Shown in pieces: positions 1 to 9,292 of a DNA stretch of 64,000 nucleotides. This stretch comes from Candidatus Aminicenantes bacterium (GTDB lineage: Bacteria; Acidobacteriota; Aminicenantia; Aminicenantales; JAFGBC01), in the NCBI GenBank assembly GCA_963702005.1, contig OY969696.1:2688001-2752000 (forward strand), in the 5' to 3' direction. The stretch's first letter is position 1; every line of letters begins with the position of its first letter. The notes beneath the pieces are model-generated. The model made no database searches and was not told where the DNA came from. It was given only the letters and a program-made list of their open reading frames with translations. A program made the position numbers and the translations under genes.

Positions 1-195
1 TTCGCCACGGACGTGGCGATGCGGACGACGACCGAAGCCCTTCAGATCTACGGAGGCTACGGCTACATGAAAGACTATCCGATGGAGAAGCTCATGCGTG
101 ACGCCAAGCTTCTTCAGATCTACGAGGGGACGAACGAGATCCAACGCCAGGTCATCGCCCATGAGGTCATCGGTCCCGTCCAGGACGCGAAGTAG
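1..195 (+). CDS. Acyl-CoA dehydrogenase, C-terminal fragment (truncated by window edge)
   Basis: [37 protein letters not shown] is the canonical ACAD C-terminal signature. Confidence 0.93.
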   Translation, partial: FATDVAMRTTTEALQIYGGYGYMKDYPMEKLMRDAKLLQIYEGTNEIQRQVIAHEVIGPVQDAK

Positions 196-207
196 TATCT
201 TGGGATC

Positions 208-696
208 TTAACGGCGGAGGATGGCCAGGAGGTCTTGTTCGACCGTCCGCTCCGGCGTTTCCACGATCCGGCCCTTTTCGACCCCGTTGACCAGGACGAT
301 AAAGGTCGGGAGCTTGGCGATGTTCTTTCCCGCGATGTAGGGCTCGCGCGCCTTAAGCTCCTTGGGGACGCCGACGTAAGAGGCTTGGATTTGGGGGGAA
401 TCGATGAGATTCAGAACTTGGAAGAAGGCCGCGACATGGGCTTTGCTGTCCGAGCACCAGGTCCCAAGATAAACCTCGACCTGGACGAAATCCGGGAAGG
501 CTTTCAATTCGTCGAGGGCGCCGGATTGGGGAGCATAGCCGACCATCCGGTCCCGCCAATCGGGGAGGGCCTGGAGGATTTCCTCCTGAGTCAACGGGCC
601 GACCATTTCAACCCGGCCTTCTTGGCGATAGCCGGCTGCCCAAACGCATGAAATGACGATCGCCCCTAGGAAGCAAACGGAGAGAGCGGCACGCAT
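208..696 (-). CDS. Exported thioredoxin-like protein (WCxxS)
   Basis: Signal-peptide-like N-terminus; GTWCSDS motif; LPTFIV..GVEKGRIVE thioredoxin-fold end; start chosen at MRAALS. Confidence 0.75.
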   Translation of the reverse strand: MRAALSVCFLGAIVISCVWAAGYRQEGRVEMVGPLTQEEILQALPDWRDRMVGYAPQSGALDELKAFPDFVQVEVYLGTWCSDSKAHVAAFFQVLNLIDSPQIQASYVGVPKELKAREPYIAGKNIAKLPTFIVLVNGVEKGRIVETPERTVEQDLLAILRR

Positions 697-726
697 AAGG
701 CCGGTCTCCAATGCGGAGATCGGCCG

Positions 727-1116
727 CTATTCTTCCGCGATGTATTCGGGTATGATCCCCAGCGTTTCGATGCCCGCGCCCCTGGCGATGTCGATGACCT
801 CCATGATCTTTCTGAAGGGGAGTTTGGCTTCGGCGCGAATGAAGATCGTCTTGTCCTGGCGGGGAGCGTAGATCTGGCGGAGCTGTTCCTGGAGGGCCCG
901 CAGCTCGACGATCTGCTGGTTGATCATAACCGCGTTGTCTTTCTTGACGGTCAGGACGATGAGTCCGGAAGGCATGCCGCCCGATGTGTCCTGGGTCGTA
1001 TCGGGCAATTTAACGTCGACCCCCTTTTGAACGAGGGGGGTAATGACCATGAAGATGATCAGAAGGACGAGAAGGACGTCGCAGAGGGGAACGACGTTGG
1101 GTTCGGCTTTGGACAT
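727..1116 (-). CDS. exbD: ExbD/TolR family biopolymer transport protein
   Basis: EPNVVPLCDVLLVLLIIFMVITP TM motif with conserved Asp; periplasmic IFIRAE..VMEVIDIARGAG. Confidence 0.9.
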   Translation of the reverse strand: MSKAEPNVVPLCDVLLVLLIIFMVITPLVQKGVDVKLPDTTQDTSGGMPSGLIVLTVKKDNAVMINQQIVELRALQEQLRQIYAPRQDKTIFIRAEAKLPFRKIMEVIDIARGAGIETLGIIPEYIAEE

Positions 1117-1158
1117 ATTCGCCTCCTCAATATTGGACTACGTCCATAGGGAGCTATT

Positions 1159-2250
1159 CTAGGCAATGGGGACGGATTTGTCAACGTGTTTTTTCCCCGC
1201 CCTATCCCCGAGGACGAGCTTGCCGACGGTCGTCTCCCAGGTCATTCCCGACATGAAGGCGTATCCGTTCCGGCCCATCCGCTCGGCCAGCGCCTTGTCC
1301 TCGGCCAATACGTCGAGCTTCGCCGCGATCATCTCGGCACGCGGGGAGACCACGAAGCCGGACCGGCCGTCTTCGACGAGTTCAACCGGACCGCCGCTGT
1401 CCGTCGCGGTCAGGACCGCTTTGCGGGAGGCGAACGCTTCGGCCGTTACTAGTCCGTAGTCCTCGTGAAGGGGACAGAAAAAAACCGCCCGGCATCGCGC
1501 GTAGCGGTCGAGGATGATCTCTTCGTCGGTCTCGCCGAGAAGCACGACCCGGCCTTCCAGGTTCATGGCCTTGATGAGGCCGGCCAGGTTCGTCCTCTCC
1601 GGACCGTCGCCGATGATGACCGCTTTCAGCGATTTGTTCTGGACAAGAGCCATGGCCTCGACGAGGAGGCTGATCCGCTTGAGACTCTGAAGGCGGGAGA
1701 CTGTAAAAATGAAACTCCCGTAGCTCTCGGTCCGATACGCCCTCTGGGGGGGAGGGGGGTAGAGGACCTCGGACCGGATCCGTCCCCAGCGTTCGAGGCG
1801 GGCCTGGATGGTTTTTGATTGGGCGTAGAGTTTCGTCACCCGGTGCTTGAGGAGATGGCTATCGATGAGATGAATAAGCGCCCGGCGGGCCGTCTCTTTG
1901 ATCCGGCCCTTCCAGCCGAGTTGGCCGTAGAGGTTCTTCCAGAGGTCGTAGTATTCCCGCATCCGGTGGTTGAGCCAGCAGACGTGGACGGGATGCTTGA
2001 CGGCGTAGCTCGGGAAACGGAAGGAGATGACTTGATCGATCGGGCGGCCCAGCCCGTCCATCCCGACGTCCGTGAAACGAGTCGCCGCGTAGGCCCGGAG
2101 CTGGCGGCCGAAGCGGTTCTGCGGGGTCAGGATGAGATCCGCCTCGTATCCCGCTTCCCGAAGGGCCCGGACCGTGGCCCGGGCGATGACCAAATGTCCA
2201 CCCTCGACGAAGGGAACATCCGAGGTTATGACCGCGATGCGCTTCGCCAT
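1159..2250 (-). CDS. Glycosyltransferase family 4
   Basis: GG motif near N-terminus, SRL..KR, EDYGLVTAEA (ExxGxxxxE); start MAKRIAVITS at 2250. Confidence 0.9.
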   Translation of the reverse strand: MAKRIAVITSDVPFVEGGHLVIARATVRALREAGYEADLILTPQNRFGRQLRAYAATRFTDVGMDGLGRPIDQVISFRFPSYAVKHPVHVCWLNHRMREYYDLWKNLYGQLGWKGRIKETARRALIHLIDSHLLKHRVTKLYAQSKTIQARLERWGRIRSEVLYPPPPQRAYRTESYGSFIFTVSRLQSLKRISLLVEAMALVQNKSLKAVIIGDGPERTNLAGLIKAMNLEGRVVLLGETDEEIILDRYARCRAVFFCPLHEDYGLVTAEAFASRKAVLTATDSGGPVELVEDGRSGFVVSPRAEMIAAKLDVLAEDKALAERMGRNGYAFMSGMTWETTVGKLVLGDRAGKKHVDKSVPIA

Positions 2251-2305
2251 GGCTCTCTTCGCTCCTCCGCCGTCGGCCCGACCCGGAAAGATTCCGGGGC
2301 CTTGA

Positions 2306-2701
2306 TTAGCGCAGGGTCTCCAGGGCCCGCTTATTGTTGTCGGTGTGGAACACCAGGAGAGTCTGGCCGGTTCCCCCCGAGGATCCGTAAGCATAGAGAA
2401 TGTTGATGATGGCGTTGCCGAGCAAAGCGCCGATCTCGGCCCCGACGCCGATCCGGTCGGTGACGACGACCGTAACGACTCTGTTCAGCGTGACCTTGTA
2501 GCGGAGGGACTTGAGAGCGGTCTGGGCCTTCCGGTAGTTGTCGGTGATGAGGAGGAAATGCCCCCGGGCGCCCTCGGAGGAGACGCAAAGGGCCCTGACG
2601 TTGACGCCGGCGTTGGCCATGGTCCCCAGGACACGCCCCAGGATACCGGGATCGTTGGGAACGACGACATGAAGCTCTCTATCCTCTTTGACTGCGTACA
2701 C
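2306..2701 (-). CDS. Tandem ACT-domain protein
   Basis: NDPGILGRVLGTMANAGVNV and DRIGVGAEIGALLGNAIINILYAY ACT repeats; GTG start with GGAGG RBS. Confidence 0.82.
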   Translation of the reverse strand: MYAVKEDRELHVVVPNDPGILGRVLGTMANAGVNVRALCVSSEGARGHFLLITDNYRKAQTALKSLRYKVTLNRVVTVVVTDRIGVGAEIGALLGNAIINILYAYGSSGGTGQTLLVFHTDNNKRALETLR

Positions 2702-2831
2702 GGTCAAGCCTCCTTGTTCACAGGCGAGTATTATATCAAATCGCCCGGCGCGCACAAGAGCGGTTGCTGGTTGAAAATGGGGAGAACGACCGCCTATAAT
2801 AGACAATCGCATCGACCCAGGAGGCACCGCC

Positions 2832-3536
2832 ATGACGCAGCCCGTCAAGCTCGCCGTGATCGACAATTCGATCGACCCTTCCGCTTACACGCCCTGCGCC
2901 CATTGGCGGGAATTTCTGACCGTCCCCTTCGATTCCTTCCGGGCCGTCGAGGGCCGGCTTCCCGACCTTAAAGACGGCTACACGCACCTCATCCTGACCG
3001 GGTCCGAAGCGTCCATCCTGGAACGCGATCACTGGGTCCTGGATGAAGCCGAACTCGCCGATGCCGCCCAGCGAAAAGGACTTTGTCTTCTGGGAAGCTG
3101 CTGGGGACACCAGCTCCTGGCCTTCGCCCTGGCCGGCCCCGCCAGCGTCGGACGATGCCGGGAGCCCGAAATCGGCTGGATCGAGGTCCGGATTTTGAGG
3201 GAGAGCTCGATTCTGGGATCGCCCGGGACGGCCTGGACCTTCTCATCCCACTTCGATGAGGTCGCTGCCCTCCCGTCGACTTTCCGGGTCCTGGCCGCGA
3301 CGCAGTCCTGTCCCATCCAAGCGTTTGCGCTGACCGGCCGGCCGGTTTGGGGTCTTCAGATCCATCCCGAAATCTCGATCGAGCGGGGCCGGGAGCTTCT
3401 CCGGGTTTTTGCCGATCGAAGCCCCGCCCGGCGCCCGCTTTTCGACGCCGGCCTCCGGGAGGAGCCCCGCGATTCGGGATTGATCCGGCGGATCACGGCC
3501 GCTTTCTTGGCTGCCACGCCCCAACCTCCGGCCTGA
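2832..3536 (+). CDS. Type 1 glutamine amidotransferase (GuaA/YfeJ-like)
   Basis: LTGS, GSCWGHQ nucleophile Cys, QIHPE His-Glu. Confidence 0.9.
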   Translation: MTQPVKLAVIDNSIDPSAYTPCAHWREFLTVPFDSFRAVEGRLPDLKDGYTHLILTGSEASILERDHWVLDEAELADAAQRKGLCLLGSCWGHQLLAFALAGPASVGRCREPEIGWIEVRILRESSILGSPGTAWTFSSHFDEVAALPSTFRVLAATQSCPIQAFALTGRPVWGLQIHPEISIERGRELLRVFADRSPARRPLFDAGLREEPRDSGLIRRITAAFLAATPQPPA

Positions 3537-3555
3537 CTTTTATCGAGAAAAATGC

Positions 3556-3584
3556 TTGAAAATGCTTTTTTTATATTTTATAAT
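3556..3584 (+). promoter_or_regulatory. Sigma70-type promoter for the PKD gene
   Basis: TTGAAA (3556)-17 bp-TATAAT (3579). Confidence 0.7.
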
Positions 3585-3649
3585 AAACTTACTTTTCTGA
3601 GATCAAGTCTGAGATCAAGATTTTGGAAACGACGAAGAAGGAGGTTTCT

Positions 3650-5107
3650 ATGAGGAGCAGAAAAGTCCTAATCTTAACGGTGGTCTCCCTCGCTATCATC
3701 TGCGCGGGTTCGGCCTTTGCCGCCACCAAGCTTACGACCATAGGCCGCTATACGTTCGTCCGGGTCCGGGGGAATGTCCCGACCCCCGATGTCATGAAGA
3801 CCCTCTTTGACCGTTATTCGGGCGATATCAAGTACGGCTTCGACCTGGCCGGGAGCGGCGACCTTTACCTGCCGTTCATGGACCAGCTCAAGAACGCCAA
3901 GTTCGAGGAAAAGCAGCTAGCCGTGGGCGATCGAGTCGTGTGGATGCTGTTCCGCAACAATGGCAAGGTCAAGGTTGCCAGAGACGTCGAATGGGCGGGC
4001 AAGAAGCCTCTCGACGTCTTCGTCTTCAAGGTCGTCAAGGACTTCAAGGAATACGAGTTCTTGATGCCCAGGCCCTGCGGCAATATCGCCCTCAGCAAAG
4101 TGACCGATCTCATACCCGTTCCGGTCTGCAACATCACCGTCAGTCCGGGCAAGTGCAACGTCAACGATCCGATCACGGTCGACATGAGTCCGACCAAAAA
4201 CGCGAAATCCATGGAAGTGGATGTCTTCGACGCGACCGGCACAAAGGTCGCCACCAAGACGCTGAGCGCGGACTCGCCCAAGTGGCAGACGTCTTTGGCC
4301 AAGCCGGGCGAGTACACCTTCAAGGCCAGGGTCTATGACCTCAAGGGCGCGCTGGCGGGAAGCGGCTGTTCCGCCAAGACCTACGTCAACTTCCCGCCCG
4401 TATGCAAGCTGTGGACCTCCTGCCTGCCCTGCGAAGACTACGTGGGCCGGCCGGTCGTCTTCGACGCCAACGGCTCGACCGATCCTGACGGCGATATCGC
4501 CAAAGCGACCTTCGAGATCACCGACGCGACGGGCCGGGTCATCGACACCTTCGTCGACACCGAGAAGCCCTTCACCTTCGAGAAGACTTTCCAGAAGGCC
4601 GGGAAATACGCCGTGACCTTAGTTGTGGCCGACGCCCTGGGTGCCGTCTCGCCCGAGCCCTGCCGGCTCGAGTTCGAAATCACCCAGCGAAGATTCTTCC
4701 TGCTCCTCGAAGCCGGCCCGCTCCTGGCCAAGGGGACCTACACGATGTTTATCTTCGCCCGGGGCGGCTTCCTCTACAATATCGTCCCCGGCAGTCTGGA
4801 CTTCATCCTGGCCGCCGGCGTCGCTCCCAAGCTCAAGGGAGATCCCTGGAAGACCTTCTTCCTGGCCAACGCCCTCCTCAACGTCCACGCCGGACCCGCC
4901 TTCGTCGCGGGCGGCCTCGGTTACAGCAGCCAGGAGCAGTCGACCCGCAAGTCCGGACTTGATGCGGTCGGGCAGGTAGGCGTCGAGCTCTTCAAGCGCT
5001 CCCGCTCGACGGGCTCCCTGTTCTTCGAATTCCGCTCTCCGCTGGGCAGCAATCGTTCCTTCGACGATCATCACAAGTTCGCGCTCGGATTCAGGTACAT
5101 CTTCTAA
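3650..5107 (+). CDS. Exported PKD-domain protein with C-terminal beta-barrel-like region
   Basis: Signal peptide (AFA cleavage); VVFDANGSTDPDGDI..GKYAVTLVVAD PKD motif; amphipathic strands ending GFRYIF; AAGGAGG RBS. Confidence 0.72.
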   Translation: MRSRKVLILTVVSLAIICAGSAFAATKLTTIGRYTFVRVRGNVPTPDVMKTLFDRYSGDIKYGFDLAGSGDLYLPFMDQLKNAKFEEKQLAVGDRVVWMLFRNNGKVKVARDVEWAGKKPLDVFVFKVVKDFKEYEFLMPRPCGNIALSKVTDLIPVPVCNITVSPGKCNVNDPITVDMSPTKNAKSMEVDVFDATGTKVATKTLSADSPKWQTSLAKPGEYTFKARVYDLKGALAGSGCSAKTYVNFPPVCKLWTSCLPCEDYVGRPVVFDANGSTDPDGDIAKATFEITDATGRVIDTFVDTEKPFTFEKTFQKAGKYAVTLVVADALGAVSPEPCRLEFEITQRRFFLLLEAGPLLAKGTYTMFIFARGGFLYNIVPGSLDFILAAGVAPKLKGDPWKTFFLANALLNVHAGPAFVAGGLGYSSQEQSTRKSGLDAVGQVGVELFKRSRSTGSLFFEFRSPLGSNRSFDDHHKFALGFRYIF

Positions 5108-5131
5108 GGGAATCCGGATCGGAAACAACAG

Positions 5132-5168
5132 AGGGCCGAGGACGGCGGCGTCCCCGGCCCTTTTTTTT
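5132..5168 (+). terminator. Rho-independent terminator
   Basis: AGGGCCGAGGACG/CGTCCCCGGCCCT stem followed by T8. Confidence 0.85.
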
Positions 5169-5200
5169 AGGCGCCCGAGACGCTATAATGGACTCCGATC

Positions 5201-6061
5201 ATGAAGATCGCCATCATCGGCGCGGACGGTCAGCTCGGATCCGACCTCGTCCGTCGCCTGAGGGGGGACAAGCTCCTGCCCCTCTATTATCCCGATTTCG
5301 ACGTCACCAAGCCTGACGGCGTCCGCCGGACTTTGACGGCCCTCGCTCCCGATTGCGTCATCAACACGGCCGCCTACCATAGGGTCGATGAGTGCGAACT
5401 CCATCCCGATCAGACGTTCGCCGTCAACGCGACGGCCGTCCGCGACCTCGCCCTTGTCTGTCGGGATCTCGGCTGTCCGCTCGTCCATTTCAGCACGGAC
5501 TATGTCTTTGACGGGACCAAGGCCTCTCCCTATATCGAGGAGGATGTTCCCAATCCGCTGAACACCTACGCCGTTTCCAAACTGGCGGGCGAGTACCTTC
5601 TCAGGAATCATTGGGAACGGCATTTCCTGATCAGGACCAGCGGACTCTTCGGCGAGTCCGGCTGCCTCGAAAAAGGGATGAATTTTGTCGACCGGATCCT
5701 CGATTTGGCCGGGCAGGGAAGGCCCCTCCGGGTCGTCGACGATCAAAGAGCGACTCCGACTTCGACCCGGGAGCTGGCCCGGAGCGTCGACGAGCTTATC
5801 CGGACAGCGTCCTACGGACTCTATCACCTGACGAACGAGGGGGATTGCACTTGGCATGAATTCGCCCGCTCCATTCTCGACCTGGCGAACCTCCGGGCCG
5901 ATCTGCGGCCGGTCAGCAGCCGGGAATTCGGAGCCCGAGCCCGCCGGCCGCCCTATTCGGTCCTGGAGAACAAGAAAGCCAAGTCGGTCAGGCTCACGGC
6001 CTTCTCCCCGTGGCCGGAGGCCTTGCGGGAGTACCTGGCCCGGAAACGGGTTTTAAAATAA
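5201..6061 (+). CDS. rfbD: dTDP-4-dehydrorhamnose reductase
   Basis: GADGQLG, STDYVFDG, YAVSKLAGE, VDDQ..TPT, RRPPYSVL. Confidence 0.95.
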   Translation: MKIAIIGADGQLGSDLVRRLRGDKLLPLYYPDFDVTKPDGVRRTLTALAPDCVINTAAYHRVDECELHPDQTFAVNATAVRDLALVCRDLGCPLVHFSTDYVFDGTKASPYIEEDVPNPLNTYAVSKLAGEYLLRNHWERHFLIRTSGLFGESGCLEKGMNFVDRILDLAGQGRPLRVVDDQRATPTSTRELARSVDELIRTASYGLYHLTNEGDCTWHEFARSILDLANLRADLRPVSSREFGARARRPPYSVLENKKAKSVRLTAFSPWPEALREYLARKRVLK

Positions 6062-6083
6062 GGGGCGGGGGAGGGGGGGATCG

Positions 6084-6374
6084 TTACTCGGTGAGCTTCC
6101 CGAGCTTGGAAAGCTCCTCGTTATAATACTTGCGGTAGAGGATTTCCCACTCCCGGCTCCCCTCCTCGATGGCCCGCTTCTGGGACTGGATTTTATCGAT
6201 TGCTTTCTTGTCGAGTTGGTCGTAGAGCCGGATCTCCTCCTCGACGGAATGGACGATGCTGAGGCGGATTTCGTTGTCGTCGTCCAGGAACTCGACTTGA
6301 TCGTTCTTCATGAGACAATTGAGGACCTGGCGGGCCAGAAAATTGATCTTCTCGCGGGAGAGGCGGTTGCTCAT
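6084..6374 (-). CDS. DUF507 family protein
   Basis: RLSREKINFLA..IEEGSREWEILYRKYYNEEL pattern. Confidence 0.75.
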   Translation of the reverse strand: MSNRLSREKINFLARQVLNCLMKNDQVEFLDDDNEIRLSIVHSVEEEIRLYDQLDKKAIDKIQSQKRAIEEGSREWEILYRKYYNEELSKLGKLTE

Positions 6375-6649
6375 AAAACGATGTTCCTTTCCTTGGCCAG
6401 CTTGGTTTTGATCATCCGGAACATCGTCTGGTACTCGATATTCTCGCGGCGGATCTTCTCCATGTGCTTGCTGAGGATCTCGCGGACCTCCTGGTCCAGC
6501 TTGTCCTCCTTCAGGAATTCCTCGGTGATCAGGACCGTGACCTCCTCGAGGACCCTGGCTCGGTCTTCGATGAGCACCTTGCCGTCCCGGGTGAGATTGC
6601 GGACGATGACGAAGCTCAGGTGCTCGATCTGATTTTTATTCAGCCTCAT
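6371..6649 (-). CDS. DUF507 family protein
   Basis: MRLNKNQIEHL..EDKLDQEVREIL..YQTMFRMIKTKLAKERN; ATG at 6649. Confidence 0.75.
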   Translation of the reverse strand: MRLNKNQIEHLSFVIVRNLTRDGKVLIEDRARVLEEVTVLITEEFLKEDKLDQEVREILSKHMEKIRRENIEYQTMFRMIKTKLAKERNIVL

Positions 6650-6710
6650 AACCCTGATACAATACAATATCAGGGGGGAAAATTCAAGAACGGAATTCAA
6701 CGATTTGGAT

Positions 6711-7631
6711 TTAATTGAACACGAGAACAGGGAGAAGTGCGGCCTTGTCGGGGGCTCTCCGGGCTATAGCAATGAACTTTCCCGCGGGGCCGAACAGGCG
6801 GAACAGGGTCTCGTCCCCGGCCTGAGATAACGAAGAAGCGGGCGGAGTCTCCGCGGATAAGATGTGTTCGGGCAGGACCGGATTCCCGTTTTTAGCGCAC
6901 CGTTCCCCTTTTTCGGTCAGGATCAGCTTGGGGAGGTCGGAAAGGAGGGCCTCCAGGGGGATCAAAAACGCTACGGGCGAACCGGCCCCGGCCAGCGTCC
7001 GGATCTGTTCCAATGCCAGACAACGGTCCAAAGTATACGGCCCTACAGCGGTGCGGACGAGCTTCGTGAGGTGCCCCCCGCAGCCGAGCTTGAGGCCGAG
7101 GTCGTGGGCAAGCGAACGGATATAAGTTCCCGCCGAGCAGCGGACGGAAAAATCGAAATCCGGCGGTTCATAGGACTTAAGCTCGAAAGAGCTGATCACG
7201 ACGGACGACGGGTTCAGGGGAACGGCCTCGGCGTTCCGGGCCAGACGATAGAGGGGTTTCCCCTTGAATTTCTTGGCTGAAAAAGCCGGCGGGACTTGTT
7301 GTAAGTTCCCGCTGAAGCCCGCCATGGCTCCCAGAACCTCTTCCTGCGAGGGCAGCCGCTCCGCCACGGGCGAAGTAGGTTGGCCTTGAGCATCATAGGT
7401 GTCGGTCGAAAACCCGAGGCGGATCCGGCCCTGGTAGGTCTTGTCGTGCTTCGAAAAATAGGGAAAAAGGCGGGTGGCCTGGCCGCAGGCCGCGATCAGA
7501 ATCCCGGTCGCCAGGGGGTCGAGCGTCCCGAAGTGGCCGATTTTCGCGAACCTCAGGATCCGCCGCAACTCTAGGACGACGTCATGGGACGTCTTCAGCG
7601 GGGGCTTATCGACAAGAATGATTCCGTCCAT
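6711..7631 (-). CDS. truB: tRNA pseudouridine(55) synthase
   Basis: DKP..TSHDVV, KIGHFGTLDPLATG, QVPPAFSAKK, CSAGTYIRSLAHD. Confidence 0.97.
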   Translation of the reverse strand: MDGIILVDKPPLKTSHDVVLELRRILRFAKIGHFGTLDPLATGILIAACGQATRLFPYFSKHDKTYQGRIRLGFSTDTYDAQGQPTSPVAERLPSQEEVLGAMAGFSGNLQQVPPAFSAKKFKGKPLYRLARNAEAVPLNPSSVVISSFELKSYEPPDFDFSVRCSAGTYIRSLAHDLGLKLGCGGHLTKLVRTAVGPYTLDRCLALEQIRTLAGAGSPVAFLIPLEALLSDLPKLILTEKGERCAKNGNPVLPEHILSAETPPASSLSQAGDETLFRLFGPAGKFIAIARRAPDKAALLPVLVFN

Positions 7632-7666
7632 GGTCCTGGGGATCGGTCGGGCCGGTCCGGAACCCG

Positions 7667-8635
7667 TCAGGCATCCTGGGCCAGGAGCTTCTCGACCATC
7701 CGCGGGATCTCCTTGATGAGTCGGTCATAGGGTCCGTAGACGGTGAACCCGGCGGCGTGGACATGACCGCCCCCCCCGAATTGTTCGGCCACCCGGGCCG
7801 CGTTGGCCCGGCCTTTGGAGCGGAGGCTGACCCGGAAAGCGTCTCCGTCCATTTCTTTGAAGAAGAGGACGATCTCGACGTCCTTGATGGACCGGGCCAA
7901 GGTCGTGATGTCTTCGGTATCGATCTCCTTGAGGTTCAGGGCGCTTAAATCGTCCTTGAACATAGAGATGATGGCGACATTGCCCCGGGGGTTGAGCTGA
8001 AGCGTCGAAAGGACCTTGCCCAGGAGCTTGATCTTCTCGGGGGGGTTGTTATTGTAGAGCCGCTCGGAGACGTCGATCGGACTCGCCCCCAGCTCGGCCA
8101 GTTTCGCGCAGGCTCCCAGGGCCCGGCCGGTGGTGTTGGAAAACTGGAATGATCCCGTGTCCGAAACGATCGAGCAGTAGAGATGGTTCGCCATGGACGG
8201 CGTGAACCGGACCGGAAGCGCCTGGCCCAGGGCAAGGACCATCTCCCCGACGGCCGGGGCTTCGGGATCGATCCAGTTGATGTCGGCGTAGGGCGTGTTC
8301 GAGTAGTGGTGATCGATGTTGATCTTGAAGTAGCCGTCCAGGTTTTCCTGGCCGGAGCGCGAGACGTCGGCGCACTCGAGAAGAATGACGGCGTCGAAGG
8401 GCTGGGGGACGATCTGGCCGATTCTGATCCGGTCCGCGTCCGGGAAGCGGTGGAAGGGGGACGGCGTCCGGTCTTTATTGATGACGACGGCCTCTTTCCC
8501 CAGGCTTTCCGCCATCAAGGCCAGGGCGAGGCTGGTGCAGACGGAATCGCCGTCGGGTCTTAAGTGGGAGGTGATGGCGATCCGTCGACAGGAGCGGATC
8601 TTGTCGGCGATGCGTTGGGCGCTCTCATTCTTCAT
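7667..8635 (-). CDS. nrnA: DHH/DHHA1 bifunctional oligoribonuclease/PAP phosphatase
   Basis: HLRPDGD, NIDHH, SDTGSF, SLRS, GGGHVHAAG; position between rbfA and truB. Confidence 0.92.
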   Translation of the reverse strand: MKNESAQRIADKIRSCRRIAITSHLRPDGDSVCTSLALALMAESLGKEAVVINKDRTPSPFHRFPDADRIRIGQIVPQPFDAVILLECADVSRSGQENLDGYFKINIDHHYSNTPYADINWIDPEAPAVGEMVLALGQALPVRFTPSMANHLYCSIVSDTGSFQFSNTTGRALGACAKLAELGASPIDVSERLYNNNPPEKIKLLGKVLSTLQLNPRGNVAIISMFKDDLSALNLKEIDTEDITTLARSIKDVEIVLFFKEMDGDAFRVSLRSKGRANAARVAEQFGGGGHVHAAGFTVYGPYDRLIKEIPRMVEKLLAQDA

Positions 8636-8973
8636 GTCTTCTTCGTCAGCTTGAGAAGTTCGTCGATCCTGGCCTCATGGTCGGGACCGAGGTCCAGGGC
8701 GAAAATAAGCAGTGGATTATACTTTAATTTGACCCGGGAGGCAACAGCTTTGCGAAGAACGCCCGCGCCCTTGGCGAGCCGGGCCAGCACGGCGTCGCGG
8801 TCGGCGGAGCCGAAAACCGAGACAAAGACGCGGGCCGTCCTCAAATCGGCCGTCATCTCGACCCGGGTCACGGTCAGAAGACCCGAAGCGGCGTCCTGGA
8901 ACTCCTTGATCAGGACCGGCGAGATGGCCTCTTTGATCAGCGCCCCAATCCGCTTATCCCGGTAGCCGCTCAT
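8632..8973 (-). CDS. rbfA: Ribosome-binding factor A
   Basis: TVTRVEMTADLRTARVFVS, LKYNPLLIFALD; operon position. Confidence 0.93.
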   Translation of the reverse strand: MSGYRDKRIGALIKEAISPVLIKEFQDAASGLLTVTRVEMTADLRTARVFVSVFGSADRDAVLARLAKGAGVLRKAVASRVKLKYNPLLIFALDLGPDHEARIDELLKLTKKT

Positions 8974-8989
8974 GGCCTGCGCTCCCGCC

Positions 8990-9271
8990 TCACAGGAATT
9001 CGATCCGGCGCCCGACGATCTCGGCCTCGGCCGTCGCCTCGATGTCGCGGAGAACCGTATCCAGGACCTGCTCGACGAAGGACCTTTGCTCGTTGAGGGT
9101 CACGATGCCGATCGCCGCCCGCTGCCATTTGTCCTGGAAATCGAGCTCGGCGACGGCGACGTTGAACCGGCTCCGGAGACGGTCCTTGACTCCCTTGAGG
9201 AACATCCGTTTGTCCTTGAGGGAGTGGGCGTAGGGGAGGAAGAACTCGAGCCGGAGCAACCCGATGACCAT
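8990..9271 (-). CDS. DUF503 (YlxP-like) protein
   Basis: HSLKDKR..RFNVAVAELDFQDKWQRA; located between infB and rbfA. Confidence 0.88.
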   Translation of the reverse strand: MVIGLLRLEFFLPYAHSLKDKRMFLKGVKDRLRSRFNVAVAELDFQDKWQRAAIGIVTLNEQRSFVEQVLDTVLRDIEATAEAEIVGRRIEFL

Positions 9272-9292
9272 GGTCCTCTCGCCGGCCGTCAC

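Noticed and set aside
727-1116. Orphan exbD as a novel system
   Set aside because: Dispersed exbD/tolR paralogs are common and partners may lie elsewhere in the genome.
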